From NCBI GenBank assembly GCA_043816025.1, contig JBDRIH010000030.1, forward strand, positions 1 to 52,161: a stretch of 52,161 bases of DNA, in the 5' to 3' direction. The notes below the pieces were generated by a model. The model searched no databases. It saw nothing but the letters and a program-made list of their open reading frames with translations, and was not told the DNA's origin. Below are positions 47,887-52,161 of the stretch, piece by piece (position 1 is the stretch's first letter; each line of letters opens with the position of its first letter). Position numbers and translations under genes: made by a program. The stretch comes from Candidatus Omnitrophota bacterium (GTDB lineage Bacteria > Omnitrophota > Gorgyraeia > Tantalellales > Tantalellaceae).

Positions 47887-50492
47887 ACCTTAACCGGCTC
47901 CATATCCAGCCAGTTTCCCCCAGCTTCGATGTCCACCTTAAGCGGTACTCTAAGTTTGATGACGCCTTCCATGATCTCTTTTATTTTCTTAGCTTTATCT
48001 TTGAGGACGCCTTCCGGAATCTCAAAAACCAGTTCGTCGTGTACCTGTATGATCATTTTGACGACGCTATCCTTAAGTTCATTGTGACATGCTATCATCG
48101 CGAGTTTTATAAGATCCGCGGCTGAACCCTGGACCGGCGTGTTTACCGCTACCCTCTCCGCAAAGCCCTTTACGCGTTCATTGGAACTGGTTATTTCCGG
48201 AATGTAGCGCCTTCTTTTAAGCAGCGTAGTCACAAATCCTGTTTTCCTGGCCTCGGTGATCGTCCGGTCTATAAACGTCTTCACGCCGTCATAACGGTTG
48301 AAATAGGAATCGATGAAGTTCTGGGCTTCTTCGATCCCTATTCCTAGATCTTTTGCCAGGCCGAACGAGCTCATGCCGTAAACTATACCGAAATTGACCG
48401 TTTTTGCTACCGAACGCATCGCGCCGGTTACATCGCCAAGAGGACAATCGAATATCAGCGATGCCGTAAAACGGTGAACGTCTTCTCCTTTTTCAAATGC
48501 ATCTATCAATTTTTTATCGTTCGACAGATGAGCAAGGATCCTGAGCTCGACCTGGGAATAATCGGCCGCCAATAAAAGTTTTCCTTTTCCGCCCGGGACA
48601 AACGCTCTTCGGATCTCTTTGCCTAAATGCGTTTTTATCGGTATGTTCTGCAGGTTGGGTTCCGAGGAAGAGAGCCTTCCCGTTGCCGTTACCGCCTGGT
48701 TGAAATTGGCGTGCAGCTTATGGGTCTTCCTGTCAGCCAGCTCCAGTATAGAATCATAATATCCTGTCTTAAGCTTGTTCATCTCTCTGTACTCCAGTAG
48801 AAGCTTGGGAAGTTCATGAAGAGTGGCCAGCTGCCGGAGAACCGATTCGTCCGTCGAAAAACCTGTCTTTGTCTTTTTCATAACGGGAAGGGCCAGTTTG
48901 TCGTATAAAATAACCTGAAGCTGCTTGGGTGAATTTATATTAAACTCCTCCCCGGCAAGTTTATATATCTTGTCGGTTGTGTCGACGAGTTTCTTCTCCA
49001 TCGCATCCGAACGCTCTTTCAGGTATTTGATATCCACGCCAACGCCTTCGTCTTCCATGTCGGCCAGAACGCCGACAAGCGGCATCTCCACGTCATTAAA
49101 AAGCGCGGTAAGATATTTTTCTTCCAGCACGGGACTTAATGCTTTATAAAGCTGCATGGTTATGTCGCTTTGCTCGCATGCCGAGAGATGTTCTTCTTTC
49201 CCGGAAAGGTCCATATTGACACCCAGATACCTCATCGCTATGCCCTCGAGGTCGTATTTCGTCCTTGAAGGGTCAATCAGGTAATCGGCTATCATTACAT
49301 CGAACCCTATACCTTTCATATCAATGCCGCAAAGCCTGCGCAGCAAGCTCAGATCTCGCTTGATATCGTATCCTATCTTTTTGATCCTCGCATCCTCGAG
49401 CACCTCTTTTATAAGGGATTCCGCTTGAAGGCGGCTCTTTTCTTCTTCCAGCGAAACGAAACAGGCTTGGCCCTCTTCCCAGGAAAACGCGATACCGCTG
49501 ATCTTTTTCCCGCCGGAGGAGGCGACCATGCTCAGGGAAACCTCTTTCTGCTTCGCTATCTTTTCTTTTACTTTCGCAAGATGATCCTCGCCGCTGGCCA
49601 CGGAATATTCGCCCGCTGCTTTCTCTTTCGGCATGATCTCGCGTAAAAATTTTTCAAACTCAAACTCCCTGTACAGCTGTGCCAGACGATCCAGGTCTGG
49701 TTCGTCAAAACGCGTCTGGTCAAGATCCAGTTCCACGGGAACTTTCCGGTCTAATTCCACGAGTTCCCGACTGAGCTCGGCCATCTCTTTTCCCTCTACG
49801 AGTTTTTTTCTTACCGATTCGGAAGATATCTTGTCGATGTTTTTGTAAACCTCCCGGATTCCGCCGTATCGGTTTATAAGTTTGTCCGCTGTAACCTGAC
49901 CGATCCCTTTTACTCCGGGAATGTTGTCGCTGGCGTCACCCATAAGCGCCATCAGTTCCACCATCAGTTCCGGCCCGACCCCGTATTTACCCTTGACCTC
50001 GCGGGCATTGTAAACTTTGTCCCCGGTTGTATGCGGGCTCAGGATATTGACCTTATCATCAACAAGCTGCATCGCATCTTTGTCGCTGGTGACGATTGTC
50101 ACGTCGAACCCCTTTTTTTTCGCCCTTTCGGCCAGGGTAGCTATTATATCGTCGGCTTCATATCCGTCTAACTGACATATGGGGATACCGTAGGCGGTTA
50201 TGATCTCTTTGATTCGAGGGATCTGGTCGAAAAGATCGTCCGGCATAGGTTTGCGATGGACCTTGTACTCTTCGTATTTTTTATGCCTGCCAGTAGGAGC
50301 CGGTGTATCAAAAACCACGGCCAGCCTCGCGGGTTCATGCTCCCTGATAAGTTTCCTCAATATGTTCACAAACCCGTAAATAGCGTTGGTGGGCATACCC
50401 TTGGAGGTGCTCAGCTCCTGTATGGCATAATATGCCCTGTAACAAATCGAGTTTCCGTCTATCAGGTAAATATTCCGGTCTTTCTTGCTCAT
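47883..50492 (-). CDS. polA: DNA polymerase I
   Basis: 869 aa. 5' nuclease N-terminus, motif A ADYSQVELRILAH, motif B RSVAKTVNFGIVYG, and QVHDELVFE. Confidence 0.95.
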   Translation of the reverse strand: MSKKDRNIYLIDGNSICYRAYYAIQELSTSKGMPTNAIYGFVNILRKLIREHEPARLAVVFDTPAPTGRHKKYEEYKVHRKPMPDDLFDQIPRIKEIITAYGIPICQLDGYEADDIIATLAERAKKKGFDVTIVTSDKDAMQLVDDKVNILSPHTTGDKVYNAREVKGKYGVGPELMVELMALMGDASDNIPGVKGIGQVTADKLINRYGGIREVYKNIDKISSESVRKKLVEGKEMAELSRELVELDRKVPVELDLDQTRFDEPDLDRLAQLYREFEFEKFLREIMPKEKAAGEYSVASGEDHLAKVKEKIAKQKEVSLSMVASSGGKKISGIAFSWEEGQACFVSLEEEKSRLQAESLIKEVLEDARIKKIGYDIKRDLSLLRRLCGIDMKGIGFDVMIADYLIDPSRTKYDLEGIAMRYLGVNMDLSGKEEHLSACEQSDITMQLYKALSPVLEEKYLTALFNDVEMPLVGVLADMEDEGVGVDIKYLKERSDAMEKKLVDTTDKIYKLAGEEFNINSPKQLQVILYDKLALPVMKKTKTGFSTDESVLRQLATLHELPKLLLEYREMNKLKTGYYDSILELADRKTHKLHANFNQAVTATGRLSSSEPNLQNIPIKTHLGKEIRRAFVPGGKGKLLLAADYSQVELRILAHLSNDKKLIDAFEKGEDVHRFTASLIFDCPLGDVTGAMRSVAKTVNFGIVYGMSSFGLAKDLGIGIEEAQNFIDSYFNRYDGVKTFIDRTITEARKTGFVTTLLKRRRYIPEITSSNERVKGFAERVAVNTPVQGSAADLIKLAMIACHNELKDSVVKMIIQVHDELVFEIPEGVLKDKAKKIKEIMEGVIKLRVPLKVDIEAGGNWLDMEPVKV

Positions 50493-50733
50493 ATTGGATG
50501 AAATAAAAACGGGTCGGAATGTAATATTTTGTAAGGAATTATCTTATGGCGAGCCTTGTCTCTCTAGTTACATATAGTATAATAATTTTTAATTATATGT
50601 CAACCTCTATTGTCAAGAAAAAACAGCTGCCTCAAGAAGCTCACTCAAAACTACCATATCGGCGAAAACAATAACAAGGAGAATAATAGAACCACCGACA
50701 TCCCTGTTATGTAGCCGGTGGATCTATGCAATT

Positions 50734-51099
50734 CTACCCGTAAAATATGATCACCAAGAGTATGACAACCAGGATCCCCGACAGGATATAGAAGTCGCTG
50801 AAATACAGAAAATCAGCCATTTTTTCCCGAAAAGTGACGCCTTGCCTTGTCTTGTTCGACACTTCATGACGTTCTTTGACTTTTTTCCGTGCCTCGCTGA
50901 TGACTATCTTGTCAGATTCGCTTGTCCGGGAATCTATTTCCGCGCGTATAGCGTCTATCTGCTCTTTTCGAAAGCGCAAAAGCTCCCCGCCGATCCTGTA
51001 CGCAGAGATGACCTTCTCATCGACAAGAGCGGTTATGCTTTCTTCGCTGACCCCGAGATATTCGGACAACTCCCGTAATGTCAGTAGTTTTTCGGGCAT
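50734..51099 (-). CDS. excisionase/MerR-type HTH protein with a C-terminal transmembrane anchor
   Basis: N-terminus LTLRELSEYLGVSEESITALVDEKVISAYRIGGELLRFRKEQID (HTH_17-like). C-terminal hydrophobic FYILSGILVVILLVIIFYG. Confidence 0.65.
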   Translation of the reverse strand: MPEKLLTLRELSEYLGVSEESITALVDEKVISAYRIGGELLRFRKEQIDAIRAEIDSRTSESDKIVISEARKKVKERHEVSNKTRQGVTFREKMADFLYFSDFYILSGILVVILLVIIFYG

Positions 51100-51100
51100 A

Positions 51101-51652
51101 TCACGCCTTTACCCTACCCTCTGATATCCACTGATCCACCTTGGATCTCTCGAACACCCATTCGCCACCTTCTTTGGTGCCGGGAAGCATGCCGTTGTTT
51201 ACCCAGTCGTTGACCTTGTTCGCGTCCACTTCCAGATATTTAGCGAGCTGACCTATAGTCATCCAACCGCTTCTAGCGGGACTGCTGGTGGTCGTTTCGG
51301 CATATGCCATGTGAATCTGGCCATTCAAAATAGCACCTTCGGCGATTGACAGTTTCGGTGTTTCAACGTCGCCTTCAAGTTTGGCGCTTGCCTCGAGTTT
51401 TAAACTCTTGGTGGCTTTTATGTTGCCGCTTACATTTCCCGCTATCGAGATGTTTTCGCCCGTAATGTTGGCTTTTATGTCGGCTTTCTGCCCGACCATC
51501 AGCATCCCCTTGGTCTCCAGTGTCCCGTCAAATCTTCCATTGATCCTGAGGTTCACCGGATCGTCGAAGCGGAGCGTCCCCTGCATACTCGCGCTTACGT
51601 CCAACACTTTCTCTTCGGTCTGCTGTTCTACTTCATTTTTCCTTTTTCTCAT
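51101..51652 (-). CDS. bactofilin-domain protein fused to a C-terminal excisionase-type HTH domain
   Basis: Bactofilin beta-helix repeats (INGRFDGTLET.., ISIAGNVSGNIKA, LEGDVETPKLSIAEGAILNGQIHM). These are followed by MTIGQLAKYLEVDANKVNDWVNNGMLPGTKEGGEWVFERSKVDQWI. AAGGAGG RBS. The TGA stop is 1 nt from the next ATG. Confidence 0.65.
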   Translation of the reverse strand: MRKRKNEVEQQTEEKVLDVSASMQGTLRFDDPVNLRINGRFDGTLETKGMLMVGQKADIKANITGENISIAGNVSGNIKATKSLKLEASAKLEGDVETPKLSIAEGAILNGQIHMAYAETTTSSPARSGWMTIGQLAKYLEVDANKVNDWVNNGMLPGTKEGGEWVFERSKVDQWISEGRVKA

Positions 51653-51810
51653 TTCTACCTCCTTTGTTAAATGAGTTATGCCTCATGCGAAACGCATAAG
51701 TCTCTATATTTAAACAATTTATATAAATTGGTTTCTTGCAATTTCCTCCGTTTGTGATAAACTGTAAATATCCCCTAACAAAGAACTTACAGCAAATCCG
51801 GAGGAAATTT

Positions 51811-52161
51811 ATGTCTCAAATTCAACTCTCACTTTTTTACGATCTTCAGCTTCTTATCCAAAACTCAAACTTCTATCGCAAATATTATCTGCTATTCAAA
51901 TCTCTTGACCTCTCGGCAGTACATGATAAAAATTATTCTGTCGGCCGTACCGGTTATTCCCGCCGCGCCATGTTAAGAGCCTTTATCGTTAAACATCTCG
52001 AACAGATAAAATCCGTTCCCGCTCTTATCGACTTCCTCGACTCTCATCCCGCTCTTACCGAAATGTGCGGTTTTACTATGGGCGTTTTGCCCGCGCCTTC
52101 ACAGTTTTACAGGTTTCTAACTGATACAAACAACTCGGTTCTTCAAAATATCCATCACTCA
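51811..52161 (+). mobile_element. IS transposase, 5' partial (IS5/IS1182-type N-terminal DUF772-like domain); runs off the window
   Basis: ATG at 51811 with GGAGGA 5 nt upstream. 117 codons are open to the window end. GRTGYSRRAMLRAFIVKHLEQIKSVPALIDFLDSHPALTEMCGF matches the transposase N-terminal domain pattern. The ORF is absent from the ORF track because it has no stop. Confidence 0.7.

Overview
This 52.2-kb window comes from a bacterial chromosome. About 55 housekeeping genes are tightly packed, often with ATGA start/stop overlaps, and all lie on the minus strand. The only plus-strand gene is a partial IS transposase at the right edge.

Gene content in minus-strand transcription order (descending coordinates):
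- bactofilin-HTH fusion and a membrane-anchored HTH protein
- polA, coaE, rho, rpmE, prfA, prmC, murA
- rpsP, trmD, rplS, rnhB
- a folate C1 cluster: fhs, fchA, folD, metF
- panB, a DRTGG/P-loop protein, apbE, mnmA, tRNA-Met
- hflKC, an M50 protease, birA, coaX
- groES and groEL, preceded by a perfect CIRCE operator
- an FMN-riboswitch-controlled rib operon: ribBA, ribH, nusB, PHP-domain gene, ribD, ribE
- tRNA-Pro, xerD
- the rbfA, nrnA, truB, ribF, rpsO, pnp block
- dut, uppP, ftsK, a rodZ-like gene, rimO, pgsA, pgpA

I saw no CRISPR array, cas genes, prophage or recognisable defence genes.

What the gene calls do not explain is the non-coding DNA:
- An intergenic palindromic repeat family built on AACCnGGTT. 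The unit is TCTAACCTGACAGATCTAACCnGGTTAGA, and there is a TGAACCnGGTTCA subfamily. I do not recognise it as a named family. It sits at gene 3' ends and in several cases supplies the stop codon.
- A second palindrome family, GTAGGNCACGTTTAAACGTGNCCTAC.
- A 151-bp element with 20-nt terminal inverted repeats.

The coding novelties are modest:
- the bactofilin-HTH and HTH-TM operon
- a PHP hydrolase translationally coupled inside the rib operon
- an N-terminally truncated PrmC

All product calls rest on motifs I recognise in the supplied translations. No database search was possible.
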